Assembly: GCF_009914755.1 (NCBI RefSeq) | Contig: NC_060926.1 | Direction: 5' to 3' (one strand) | DNA: 64,000 nucleotides | Source of the DNA: the human T2T-CHM13v2.0 reference genome, Homo sapiens | Part shown: positions 1-14,800 of the stretch, piece after piece | Position numbering within the stretch: the first letter of the stretch is position 1 | How the letters are laid out: every line of letters starts with the position of its first letter | Notes under the pieces: generated by a model | What the model was told of the DNA's origin: nothing | Databases searched by the model: none | Seen by the model: the letters and a program-made list of their open reading frames with translations, nothing else | Made by a program: the position numbers and the translations under genes

Positions 1-245
1 GAAAGAAGAGGAAATTGTGGGCAACAGACATTTTTCATCACTGAGTTTGGAAGAACTATACACTAAACAAGTGCTACTCAAAGACTGGAAGTTTGAATAT
101 TATTTAACTATAAGGAAATGGTACACCATGTGTCTTCCTCTATAATAAATTTACAGCATCTAGACATACAGTAAACACCTAGTAGAGCTTTCCTTTCTCC
201 ACCTTTCTCCATCTCTTTTTCCCCCTTCTTCCTTCATTTTCTTAT

Positions 246-355
246 CTTAGAGAATGTGTCATCCATATTATACTGGACAACTTCCAATAAAAAACCTGCC
301 ACATTTTCTAGGAAATAGGCTTGTCTGTTTCTTAATTTCAAGAGGCACATATAAC
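246..355 (-). pseudogene. S28 peptidase pseudogene copy B, exon 'L(C)..AYFLE..VVQYN'
   Basis: Minus strand: acceptor ttttctttcctacag|G, then LYVPLEIKK-(1-nt frameshift)-RQAYFLENVAGFLLEVVQYNMDDTFSK; donor degenerate (ataag for gtaag). VVQYN is an S28 motif. Phase fits the exon at 18661-18797 (AA|G = Lys). Confidence 0.8.
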
Positions 356-743
356 CTGTAGGAAAGAAAACACATTGAGCTTTCATGTCACTTGAGCTTC
401 AAAACCTAAATGTAGAAAACATCTCTAAATAAATAGACTCCAGGTTTCTTCAAAAAGTTGTTACTATGGAAGGAGTTATGGTCACTACTCTTAAGTTTTC
501 TAAATATCTTATGAATATAATTCTGTTCAGCATTTGTGTAACGCTACTGTTTTCCAAATGCTTCATTTAAACCAACTCATTTGGTTAAAAATGTCATATG
601 ACCATCTTTAAATATTAAAAAGGTATATTAGGATCTAAAACGTTTTTATACATTATCACTCAAACAGTATGAGTTAAAAAGTTTGGAGTGCCATTGATCA
701 TTGATCAATATTCATGAATTTTTTCTGAAGTTCATTTTTTTAA

Positions 744-1089
<346 letters not shown>

Positions 1090-1937
1090 GATACTATGGT
1101 CTTAAACAGATCATAATACATTACTCTTTTCTGTGTGCCATTATTCCTCCCCGATTTTTTTTTTTACATCTGTGTGATCATTTCAACCATCTACTTTGCC
1201 ACACAAAATCCATGTTTCTTAAAAACTCAGAATGCTGTTAATTCCTAATTACTACCCGCTTTTAAGTTTCCTTAATTATATGCTAAAATAAATGTATGCA
1301 TATAAAATGCTTAGAACAGTGCCTGGCTCACAATCAGTATTTAATAAATTATAGATATAATTATTATCAATAAGTTATATTTGCTACCTCTGCTTTATGC
1401 CTTTTAGAAGCACGATTTTAAAAATTCTTTAGCTGAGACTTTTAATTTTTATTTTTTGGCATTATTTAATATTTTGCTTTGTTTGTAAATCTACCATAAG
1501 GAATATGTGCAAAGACAAAGAACACTAGAAAACAGAGAAAATACTGAGCAATCCCCCATGTTCAAAACTGGTTTTGAGAAAAAAGCATTTTAAAAATTCT
1601 CCAACCTTCATTGCCTACTGCCTCTATCTAACTGCCGGAAAGATGTGGTGTACCTCTCATTATTAGTCTGCAATCTATCAGGCTATGTACACTATATAGT
1701 TCAGCAGTTCTAGTTCAGAGCAAATTAGCTTACACAAACAAAAAGCTGAGTCACTCTATAAGAAAACCAAGCCTTCCATTTTTATTTTTGGCATTGAAGC
1801 CCTGTTGCCTAGAGATTATGTTTACTGTAGAGTTAAAGAACGTTCATTTTCTTGGAACATTTCAGAAGAGGAGGTAACTCTCTGGGATGATGAGGTCATT
1901 TCTGAAGTTAACTGGGAGAGAAGTGAGTCTCTTGTAA

Positions 1938-2335
<398 letters not shown>

Positions 2336-2371
2336 TAGACAGTAGTTTCCAATAGTTCAGTTTAGGCCATT

Positions 2372-2733
2372 TGTTAACTAAAGGTCACAGATACGCCCTG
2401 AGTTTTTGGAAAACCTGCAGGTCAGCTTAACTTTGGGACTTTCACTGTTCCTATTTATGCCACCTAAACCACCTAATAGGCTGTGACCTAAATAACCAAT
2501 CAGAACTCATCAAAGATCAAGCAATCAAAACTAAGCAAGTTTGAATCCTTCATTCACATAAGAGGACCTGAGAGGGAACCTAGGTGGGCACACTCTCTAT
2601 AAAAAATAAACCCTTTTCTTATTATCTGGAATGCACTTCCAGTTAATACTGAAGCTACATCTCTGCAGTTTGCAACTTTTCACTGGAATAAAACCTCTTT
2701 TTTCTAAATCTCTTTTCAGGGAACTTCTTCACA
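2372..2733 (+). mobile_element. Probable ERV solo LTR (family unassigned)
   Basis: TG...CA termini, CCAAT, TATA-like ctataaaa and AATAAA in LTR order; no TSD recognised. Confidence 0.5.
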
Positions 2734-3191
2734 GGGTTAAATTGTGTCCTCCCAAAAAATGTAGTATACTGGAGTTCTAGCCCTTAGTACCTTAAAGTGT
2801 GACCTTATTTGGAGATAGGATCTTTACAGAGGTAATCAAGTTAAAATAAGGTTATTAGAGTGGGCCCTAATCCGATATGACTGGTGTCCCTATAAGAGAG
2901 AAAATGTGGACACAGAGAGGCAGAGAGAGAGATGTATTGACAGAGCATGATGTAAAGACATGCACACGGCAGAACATCCTATGAAGACAGGTTGTGCTGC
3001 CATGAGTCAGGAGACTACCAGAAGGTAAGAGGGACACATAAGACCGATCCTTCCCTGGTACTTTCAGGGAAAGCATGGCCCTGCCAACACCCTGACCTCA
3101 GACTTCCAGCCCCCAAACCATCAGACAATACATTTCTGTTGTTTAAGCCACCCAGCGTGCAGTACTTTGTTACAATAGCCCCAGAAATACA
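2734..3191 (+). mobile_element. MLT1 (MaLR) LTR
   Basis: aattgtgtcctcccaaaa...gtgaccttatttggagatagg...gtttaagccacccag...tactttgttac MLT1 signatures. Confidence 0.85.
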
Positions 3192-3419
3192 TTGGTGAAA
3201 TTAGGCTGAGTCCAGTTCTCATTGTCACTGGCGTTAGATTCTACGGATCTTGCTTTCTTCACTGCAGTATCAACCACTGATCATCTGTGACCTTTATGGC
3301 TGATTGAATCAAGGAACTCCAGGCCTCAAAATATGGAAGACTGAATGGGACCAGATGGACATTTCAGAGAAGATCTGCACCAGAAATATTGATTGTGAGG
3401 TAGTAAAGAATGTCATAAA

Positions 3420-3850
3420 GCCAAAAATACAGAGATGACAAAATTATAGAAATGGAGAATAGATCAGTGGTTGCCAGGACTTAGAGAGGGAGAGAAGGAT
3501 CTGAGCATAAAAGAGTAGTGCTAAGGAACTCCCTCATGGTAACGGAGCAGTTCTGTGTCTTGTTAGCTCTGGTGTTACACAAATCTATACGTGGGGTAAA
3601 ATCATACAACTATGCACAGAGCATGTAAAAAAAAAGAGTGTATTCAAAATCTGGTGACATCCAAGTAATATCTGTAGTCTAGTTAATTGTACTGTTCTAA
3701 TGTCAATTTCCTAGGCTTAATAACGTACTGTTGTTAAGTAAGATGTTAGTTACAACTGGAGGAAGCTGGGGGATGGGTACGCAGTGTCTCCTGGTAATAT
3801 TTTTGCAATTTCTTGTGAGTCTGTAATTCTCTCAAAATAGAAAGTGTTTT
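3420..3850 (+). mobile_element. Old L1 (L1M) 3' UTR fragment
   Basis: aatagatcagtggttgccagg...ttttgcaatttcttgtgagtctgtaat, typical L1MB/MC 3' end; boundaries approximate. Confidence 0.6.
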
Positions 3851-6685
3851 ATCAAAAAGAAAGGTTGGCTGGAACCTAGAAGCTAGAGGTCTTAGTTCAT
3901 TAATTTCTACTATTTATGTGGTTTCAACCTTTGACCTTGATGGCCCTGGTGTAATCGCTTGTTAACTTAACACTATAGTTCAGAATGTGATACTTTAATA
4001 ATCACAGCCAGTTTTTAAAAATGGATGTCAAGGGCAAAGAGAGCAAAATGTTAAGCATGCACCGTGGAACATGTTAGAATTTCAGTTATTAATCTGACTC
4101 TCATAATTTCTGATCTGATTTGAACCTGTTAAATAGCTAACACACTCCAAAGTTACATCTGTGTTTCATTGGTTGTCAGCTGGTGACTGCTGCAATTTTC
4201 ACATTGAGATTATCTAATTCTGTACCAGCATGATTTTCACTTAAAAAAAATGAGTTTATGAAATGTAATCATTGATTCTAAGAAGTGTTCCAGACTTAAT
4301 CATTAGTATCTTTTAAACTTCTCCCTGGTGCTTCTTTAGAGATGTAATCAAATCTGATGCTCTTCAGGAAAATTTTCAGGAAATATTCATATATTTTGTT
4401 TCCAAATTCATTTTTTAAATGGTGGTACTTAAAATACATTGGTAGCAGAATAACCAAGCTACAGAACAGGATTATGGATGATCCCATTGGTGTATGAAAT
4501 ATCTATGTGTGGGTACATGTGCATTTATTTTAATATATGAATAGGAAGAATAGACATCACACTGTTAACAATGATTACTACTGGAAGATTGAAATTGCAG
4601 GAGACTCATTCTCTAAGGAATACGTATATTTCCAAAATATTTAGTCAATAAAGACCAAAGTGATATTTGATGCCCTTCCCAATCATACTGGTCAACAATC
4701 AGCATGTGTCCACCTCATTCTTCTATCACTACACAAACAAGCACATACACAGTGTCTATTAGCAGATCACTAACCCTGCAGTAATGATGCTGAGGAAGTC
4801 TTAGATTATAGGGAAGAATCCCAGGTATTATTTTCTTTTGTTTCTTTACCTCTTGCATTTTAATCCAGCCTAACTGTAGCTGTACATCTCAATCCAGCTA
4901 AATCACTATATCCTGTTCCAAATTCTTTAACCCCCCCGCTTTTTTTGGCAGCCTCAGAACCCTTGGGTTTACAGCATTGGCCTCCATCTCACCTCTAATG
5001 TAGAGAATGTGGTGTTTACAAGTAGTCTGTTGTGTCTGAACCTTAGCTTGGTTACTCCTATGGCACAGAGTCTTCTGTGGGAGTCCTTCCTCTCAGCTTC
5101 AACCTGATCCCTGTGTTCCTCTGTTCTGCTAGTGATGGCTGGGGCAAAGAATGCCCTGCTTAGCACTGCAGGTGAATTGTGAGGGAGAGAGGAGCCTAAG
5201 TGCCAGCAGCCTGGAAAACATGCAGCAGGGACTGAACATGGTTATACTTGGGCAGAGCATAACCAGAGCACAGTAACATCAATAAGGACATAAAGAAGAT
5301 AGGAGCTTGCTGCCTGATGTGGTTTTTGTACATCCAGCTCCCATACACATGTATTCAAGTCTAAGAAGTAAAGGGAGACCCAGAACTCTCCAGGAATACA
5401 GGAAAGAGAAAGACAACATACATGATGAGTCACTAATCTCCTAAATAGGCATGTGTGGAAAAGGAGAGGGTTCTACCTTTGCAGATAAATCACGGCTGGG
5501 CAGGGGGTGGGCAGTGCTGCATCTGGAGAGGGTGCCACAAAGTAGCAGGGTCACAGAAGTCTTCAAAGACCGTGTCATACTGAGAAGTTGACCCTCTGAA
5601 GTCACTGACCCAGGACAGAAGATAAGTTTGTTGACAGTCTGAGCCCTCTTCTTTTGAAACCCTCCCTATATAGAGAACAGGGCCAAAGTCCAAGACACAA
5701 TCATGACAAAAACCCTGGCCCTCACCCTTTATGCGAGAAGCTGAAGATCAGTTCATCAATTACCAGCGGGATTGCGGTGAGAGGACCTCAGCTCTGAAAG
5801 ATTCATGCTTCATAAACTTGAACTCTGATGAGAGATATCATCCTTTCCCCTGGAAATTGTGTCTGGGAATGCTCATGCAGAAGTTTTCGCAGTCTCAGGG
5901 ATTTCAAGAATGCATTTTAAGAACTTTGCTACATTTCCTCAAAGAAGGTTAAAACTCAGTGGAAAAACAGGAAGGTCTTAGTGTGGAATTTAGAATACTT
6001 AAGAAAACTATGGGGGAAATGAAGTTAGAAAAAAATTAATAACAAAGCAAATGCCAAAATTAATAGGCTTAGTAAAATAGCAAAATCTCTTTGGACTAGA
6101 CTTTTAACAGAAAACTCATCTAGTGAAGCTCAGTGTTTCTCAAAAGAACAATAAAAAGATCCCAAGAGTTAGAGGTGGGAGATGGGAAGCTATCCTATAT
6201 GAAAAAGTGAAGAAGGAGTGGGAAGAAGCCAAATTAATTATGCAAACATTCTAAATACAAATTAAAATTATAAGAAAAAACTTGGTCAGCTTACCCAAGA
6301 GAACACAATGAGATAGCAGGTAATTGTGCTAAAATGAAAAAAATAAACGCCAGAAATTAGATGCAAATTGCAAGCCACAAACAAAGACAAGTACAAAGTT
6401 CTTCAAATACATATGGGATGAGAAACAATAGAGAGATGTTGGCCTTTCAGATTGCTTTGTAATAAACGATAGAAAAATCTCTTAACTTATCACTGTACAG
6501 GGATCCAGTTGCAAAGTTTCTGGCAGTCAATAAATAGTAATAGTAATAATCATATAATCATAATATTACCAATATACCATAGGTATGAAATATAGGCCAG
6601 CCTTAGTCATAAAACTTTGTATTATTCCTTCATTCCCTCAACAACAGTTTTCTGAGCATTTTAGTGCACATCTTAAATGAGTAAA

Positions 6686-6972
6686 AGCCGGGTGCAGTGG
6701 CTCACACCTCTAATCCCAGCACTTTGGAAGGCCAAGGTGGGAGGATTGCTTGACACCAGGAGTATAAGACTAGCCTGAGCAACATAGTGAGACCCCATCT
6801 CTACAAAAAATACAAAAATTAGCCAGGCATGGTGGTGCATGCCTGTAGCCTCAGACACTTGGAAGGCTGAGACGGGAGGACTGCTTAAGTCCAGGAACTC
6901 AAGGCAGCAATGAGCTATGATTACGCCACTACACTCCAGCGTGGGTGACAAAGCAAGACACTGTCTAAAAAC
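6686..6972 (+). mobile_element. Alu (AluJ-like)
   Basis: Diverged Alu dimer gccgggtgcagtggctcacac...gcaagacactgtct with short A tail. Confidence 0.9.
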
Positions 6973-9080
6973 AAATAGTAAATCCACATAGATCACTGCA
7001 TAAATATAAGTCATCAATATTGTTATTAATGTTTCTGCTTGCCCAGTATTCATTCCCCCTGTTCTGATAAGAGAATTCCTTTTCTCCCTTTAGAAATCAT
7101 TGTCAATCTGTATGGGTCAGGTGGCATTGACCTCTGCTCCAAGTTTTTGGAATGTCTCCCAATCCTGACTAAGGTAGTCAGAACACCAGGCTCTTCAGCC
7201 ATGGGGGGCTTATGGATGAGACCACAACCCAAGCAGAACAATGAAAACTCTCGTTGGAATATTTGCTGAATCGATACCCCTGTGAGACATGGGGTACCAA
7301 GGATCAGGTAAGCCTGGAACAACCAGAGTCATCTTGGCCACTACAAAGACAGAATATATCTAAGAGTAAGAGCAACAAGAGGAAAAATCATCCTAAGGAC
7401 AAAACTTAAGTCCAGGAACACAGCTGTGATGAAACAACCCACTTTTATCTCCAGACGTTTTAGCTCCATGAGCCACTGGTTCCTTCTTCCTGCGTAAGTT
7501 GGTGTGAGTTGTAACCTTGTAACCCAGAGTCCTGACGAGAAGAAATGCTTGCTATGTGCATGCTACATGATGGAGAGATATGGGGGTCCGCAACAGTTGG
7601 GGTCCCTGCCTTTATGGAGTCCAGAGTCTACCAAGGAAGACTGCCATGAACAATTAACTACAAATGTGTTGAGAGTTACAAGGAAGGAGTATAGGTTTCC
7701 AATGCCAAGGTTTAAGCACAGGTGCATCTCACTAGGTTTGAAAAATGAGGGAAGACTTCTCCAAGAAACTGACACTTATGAGACTTAAAGGATGAAAAGA
7801 AGTTCATCTAGTTTAAACAGATGACATTGAAAAAGCAAAATTCTTGCATACATACAAAACCTGTGGACAAAATCCTTACTCCATATTTTTAAAAGGGCAA
7901 TTTTTAGCTCACTAATAAAACAGGCCATACAAAAAATGCAAAGTCAAATACACACATTACATAGAAATCAATGCACCTATAGATTAATCAAATATGAGAT
8001 ATATTAATTTCTTTATAGAATAAAAAATCATATATTAAAAAATAGCTAAAGAAATGTAGATGTCTTCATGAATGCACAATTTCAAAAAGTATTTCAGCGA
8101 TGGGTACCATGGGGGAACTAACAGTACGGGGTCAGTTTGGATGGGAGGATGGTATTCTGCTCAAAGGTTGATGCATTAGTTCTGAGGGCTGAAAATTACT
8201 TCTCTAGTCTTAGTCATGTAAGCTTGAGCCATCAATATTTTAAATCCAAAAGATGATGGGATTGTAACTAGAGGATCTCTAAAAGCCCTTGCACTAATGA
8301 AATTCTATGACATGTCTCCAGTCTGATTTGTCAAAACTTAATTTTGACATATTAAAATATCATTCAGACACTAACAGCTCACTTTCCCAAGTTCATATTT
8401 CACTAAGCCCTTTATATTGCTTATTCTCCACTTGTAGCATTGTAACCTATCTACAGAACTTAATTCTTAAAGAAAGATAGAAGCTGAAGTCCATGTTTCG
8501 CATTGCGGAATGTAGAACATGGGCACAGTGTGATGCTTTAAAAAATCAAACCACACTCCCAAAGCTCCTAACAGAAGTGTATCTGGATTGATAAATTAAA
8601 TGAATGAGGTATGATATAACATAATCTGTCTAGTTTCAAAGCACACATAACAAGTGGGTATGGTCTTTTCAAAGAAGCATCCTTGAGAGATGGCTCCCTC
8701 ATCCCAGAAGTGTGCCTCAGCCATATACAAGTTATTTTTGGAAACTGCTTTTTTGAATTGCCATTAGAGACATTGCTCACTGCCCTTAATAGTGATAAAA
8801 TTTTTCCTTTGTATGATTTTTTTAAAACAAAGAAAAGTCACTTAGCTCCAAGTCAGATGAGTTAAAGTGGGCAACTGAGCCGTAGAATTCCACTTTGATC
8901 CAAAACGTGAAACGGTGAGCTTTGTTCTCCAGTGTGCAAACTGACTCTAGGGCAGTTCCAAATAAGATCTAAGGAAAGTAAATGTTTTGAATAATGACAA
9001 TATTATAAGAATAAGTATGTCACCTGCTAGGATGATTACTCAAGTACACACTCTAGGCTGACTGACACATAGATAATACT

Positions 9081-9314
9081 TTTTTCATTTTCTTTTTTCT
9101 TCTTCAACTTTTGTTTTAAATTCCAGGGTACATGTGCAGGATCTGCAGGTTTGCTCCACAGGTAAACATGTGCCATGGTGGTTTGCTGCACAGATCAACT
9201 CATCACCTAGGTATTAAGCCCAGCATCTATTAGCTATTCTTCCTGATGCTCCCCCTCCCCCCACATCCCCACAACAGGCCCCAGTGTGTGTTGATCCCCC
9301 GATGTGTCCACGTG
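9081..9314 (-). mobile_element. L1PA/L1PB 3' end, 5'-truncated
   Basis: gtacatgtgcagg...gtgccatggtggtttgctgcac...cacctaggtattaagccc; T-rich tail on the left; TSD tagataat at 9070 and 9315. Confidence 0.85.
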
Positions 9315-9380
9315 TAGATAATTTTTTAACACCTACAATACCAAATTAAATATATGTGGAATTAAAACTGGGGGCCCCTC

Positions 9381-9740
9381 TGCTATGGTTTGAATGTATG
9401 CATCCTTCCAAAATTCATATGTTGGAAGCTAACCCTCAAGGTGATGGGATTACCTTTGGGAGGTAATTAAGCCATGAGGGTTCACCCTCATGAATGAGAT
9501 TAATACTCTTACCAAAAGGGCTTGAGGGAGTGAGGTTGTCCCTTCTCCATCCCTTCTGCCATGTGAGGATGCAGCAACAAGGAGCCATTGTGGAAGCAGA
9601 GAGGAAGCCCTCACCAGACACCCAAGTCCACTGTCACCTGGATCTTGGACTTCCCAGCCTCCAGAACTGTGAGAAACAAGTTTCTATTGTTTGTAAGCTA
9701 CCTCAGTTATTTTGTTAAGGCAGCAAAAACAGACTAAGAC
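9381..9740 (+). mobile_element. MST (MaLR) solo LTR
   Basis: tgctatggtttgaatg...ccagcctccagaactgtgaga...gactaagac. Confidence 0.85.
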
Positions 9741-12700
9741 CTTCTCCATGACTATAATTCTCTGTGAAATTCATCATTTCAAAATGTTTTAAAGCCTCCA
9801 TCATGAGCCATACCCTGCGTATAACAGGCACACAAAGAATAAAGACAATTACTACTAATAAAGCAAGACAGAAGCAAATAAAAAGTGGAGCCAGTCCTTG
9901 AGTTTAAATTGTTATTGTAGGGCCTCAAAAAGAAATGCTTTGGTAATAGACAGTGACAGCAGGCTGAAAATTCCAGAGTATGGTGACAGGGCTTTTAAGA
10001 AATAAAACTTAATTTCTGAACAATGTTTTGAAAAATTAATGGAATCTATCTAAATATATTAGTTCCATGATTAAGAGACAAGAAAAGTTTTCTAAATTAT
10101 ATTTGGAGTAACATCTTGAATAATTTGCCACTTATTAATACCTCTAAAGCCAAAATAAAAGCTCTATAGACATTTAAGAAATTTAGATGTTTATCTTTCT
10201 ACATGTTTACTGCCACTAATTATAACTCTTTACACTTAAATTAATGTTCAAATCTCTCACAATCTATTTTTACCCTTGGGAGAAAAACTACTTTGTTAAC
10301 CTAAGTTATTATAAACATTCAAAGGAACTGTTAGTTGTCAATTTTTTAAAATACGATAAAAATAATCTATTTTAGTATCCTAGCTTTCCCAACTTGAGAA
10401 ATACTCAAAAATACACAAGGTGAACAAAAAGCTTCCTGAATGATTTTAGATGCTTAAAAGCTTAGGGAAATAAAACTGCTAATATACATTACAAGTTTTT
10501 CTTTTTTGAATCTTTGTGTGTACTGAGGCGAATTAGAGAAAAATATTTTAAAAGCAGGAGAAGACAAAAGAGAACAGTACAGGTGATTACATTTTACCTT
10601 TAACAGAAGTCTCTCAGTAACGCATTGCACACATTTACTCCGGCAAATATCTTTAATTTCCACTTAGGAGAATTTAAAGGCCCTCAAATAGAATTCACAT
10701 TAGGTCAGAAGTTATCTAAAAATGTTTCTCTAAATATAACTTAACTTTAGTTACTAATGTTGAAGCCAACATTAGTCTTAAGTCAAATATGGAAAGTGCC
10801 AATCAATATGAAAAATTATTTTCCCTAAGACAAAGGAAAGCACATTTTAATTCATTCATTTCATAAAGTGACCCAACTCAAAATTGTAACTCCATCAACA
10901 AATTCTTCTACCCAATTGTCTATTAAGAGATTAGGGGCATGCATTGCAGGGTGTAACATCTACAAGGGAGCTTATATTGCTCTGCTCATATGGAATTGAT
11001 TTAAGCCAAAAAAGATTTTACAAGACCACAATTCTCATATTTTCTGGGTCAGCACAATCCATACAATAGAGTGGTCCTAGAGGTGCGGGCAAGGTCTCCA
11101 AGAGGCTAAATATGGGCATTGGGAAATGGATTTCTTTCCATTGTGATTTTTATCATTCAATCTCCTCTCAACTCCTAAACTTATGTAGAGAAAAAAAATG
11201 TATTTCTAAAACAAAGATTGACGCTGCACTTGATATTTTCTCTTGCTACTTGATACTCTTCTGTGGTTAAAACATGATAACAATCTTGCACATTTTCACA
11301 GTTCATGTTTAATCAATTGAGAAATATTGGTCAAGCCTACCATGTTGCCCTTGCCTTTGCTGGATTTGTGGTCTAGTTCGGAAGACAGAAGATGCAAGGA
11401 AAGAATAGCGAAGCCTGCAAATAGGTGCTCATGTGGGCTCAGACTGCATGTTCTGGGGGAGTTAAGAGACAAGAGAGATGCTTGGGTGCTGTACTGTGCA
11501 GTGAGCAAGGAAGGTGGTCTATGCAGAGGGTGACAGAGGTCCTTGGTGAGGCAGAGCATGGTCAGACCCCACAGTCTCTACTCATGGAGAGATGGTTAGG
11601 CTAGCAACCTGACCTTGGGTTTCTCTAAGCCTTTGTGCCCTTGGCTGTATAATGGGGATAAGAACAGCACCTCCCTTGTGGGCTATCACGAGGCTTGTCT
11701 GAGTGATGCTTAGCACAGTGTCTGGCATGTAGTTACAAGCTATTATTTAGTCAGGAGGTAGGACTTGATCAAAGTTCTGACTGATGGATAGAATTTTGCT
11801 AAGACGAAGGGAAAGAACATTCCAGAACAGGGAGCAACATGTGTACAAACCCAGAGGCAGAAATGATGACACAGTGTGGAGACAAACGTTACTGAAATTT
11901 TCAAGCTTTATACCAACTTATACTAGGAAGACACATAGTCTCATATAATGAATATTTTGTCTATGTAACCAGAGAAAGAATGCAGTTTCTACTCCTGTTT
12001 CCCTGGAGATTCTGAGTCAGTAGGTTTATGGAGACCCAGGAATCTGTATATCAAAACATATCACATGTGAATATATTTATCAATTTTTGGGTACAGTAAG
12101 CCAATGAACTTATGTTCATTTTTTTGACAGAGTGTTATTTATGTACTCATAGCACTCTAACACTCTAGCTACTCCATGATTTATGAAAACATATTTTAAC
12201 ATAAATTGTTAGAGGTTGATATAAAAACATTTTTAAAAATAATTCAGGGAGGTACATGCTGGAGACAGAATTTGGAGCAGTAGGTGGAAAGCAGAGAGAA
12301 TCCCAGAATTTGGAGGTAGTGATATTAGATAATACCCCTTTATTTTACATGTGATAAAATTCAGACCAAAGGAATTAAGTGCCCTGTTATCATTGTCACT
12401 ATATAGTGCCTATGATATCAAGGCCTTGGGCAAGAAAAAGCTAGTCTTTCATTTTGCATAAGCAATTTAAGGAATTAAATATTGCTCCGTGGTGGTAGGT
12501 AGGTAAGCTATTCAATTGGAAAGCCTTGAGCCTGCAGACTTACTAAAAGGTGGGCCTTTTTCATTAGGCAGCATAGGCAGAGTTCAGAAATCTAATAAAG
12601 CAGACAGAAATTGATTTCCTTTGGACTCAACCAAAGGTGTATAAAAGGTGCAGAAAAGGAGTTGAGTCTCAGTGGACAAACGGGTGGCTTTGGCATCCAC

Positions 12701-13445
12701 CTGAGATACAGGGACATCTGCAACCTTAGTCCATTGTGAGAACGAATCTGTGATTTCACCAACTCCCCCCGCCAAGTTGAAATTGGGCAAAATTTTATTT
12801 ACTGGGCATAAAATTTTGCCCTCCCAAAAGTACAAAAAGGGACTTCAGCAATTCTGTACATCTACGTGAACCCAAACTTTCTTAACGCTGAACAGTGCAT
12901 CCCATAAGGCAAGTTTGCTTTAGGCATTTATATTTAGTCTGATTTTGCTTGGAACATTTGCTCATCCAGTGTAGGAATTTGATTACAAATGCAAGTGTCT
13001 TATATATATCCTAAAGCTTAAACAACTCTGTCTCTACCCACTTTTGATTTATAACTCTAAAATAGGAATTTTTCTATTAGCTGCTTCATTTCTAGAATGT
13101 GTCCATGTAAAGGGACTACTTACTATGGTGTTCTGAATGTTGCCCTGTTTTTGAGGGTATGGTGACCCTACTAGACTTGGGTCATGTCTCACTCATCTTT
13201 GTAACCCCTGTAGTGCTTAGGAAAAGTAAAGATTGATTAAATGTAATTGAATTGTACTTTTTGTCAAAATTTGGACAAATTCATTCTAGTTATATAAGCC
13301 AAAATTTCGGGAATTATTCTTGACATCTACTTATTTCTCATACTGTATGTCCAATTCATCACTGATATTTATCCCCTAAATCTTTCTAAAATCTCTTGCC
13401 ATCTCCAGAGCAGTATCCTAGTCCAAGTCACCATAATTTCTATGA

Positions 13446-13820
<375 letters not shown>

Positions 13821-14176
13821 CAATTGTCTTTTTAAAATGAAAATATAATTATGACACCCCTAACCTCCCCGCTTAAAATCAGCCAGCCACTTCCCATCTC
13901 ATATTCAGCAAGGTTCGGCAGAGTCCTGCCTCCAACGGAAACGCTGCCTCTTGCTCTCTGCTCTCCAGCCACTGGCTTCCATTCAGTTCTTTGAATTACA
14001 GGGCTTTTGTCCTCGCTGCTCTCTCTGTAATAATCTCTGCCTACCTCCCTTCACCTTTATATAGATCCCATACATTAGAAGGCGGGTCAAGGGTCACATC
14101 CTTGAGGAAGTCTACTATCCTGCCTTCAAGCTAGGATAATTTCTTTCCTTTGTTCAAAATTTATAATATATATATA

Positions 14177-14478
<302 letters not shown>

Positions 14479-14659
14479 TAGAATCTTATTCATTCTTTTC
14501 TTAGAAGGTTTACCTTAGGTTGTACTTGTAATTTTAATTCTTTTTGTTGATATCTTATTTGTGTCCATTTACATGTCTATCAATTTCATGAAAGCCAGAG
14601 ACTTTGTTCATTTTTTTCTTCCTGTTGTATCTCCAGTGCCTAGCATGGTGTCTAGGGTG

Positions 14660-14696
14660 AATGGATGGATAGATGGATAGATAGATGGATAGATAA

Positions 14697-14742
<46 letters not shown>

Positions 14743-14800
14743 GTAGATAGATGGGTTGGGTGGATGGTTGATGGATGGATGGGTAAATGGATGAACAAAT
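14660..14800. repeat. Compound (GGAT)n/(GATA)n microsatellite at an L2-like 3' end
   Basis: A perfect GATA run around 14697-14742 flanked by GGAT repeats; preceded by gtatctccagtgcctagcatggtgtct (L2-like). Confidence 0.95.
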
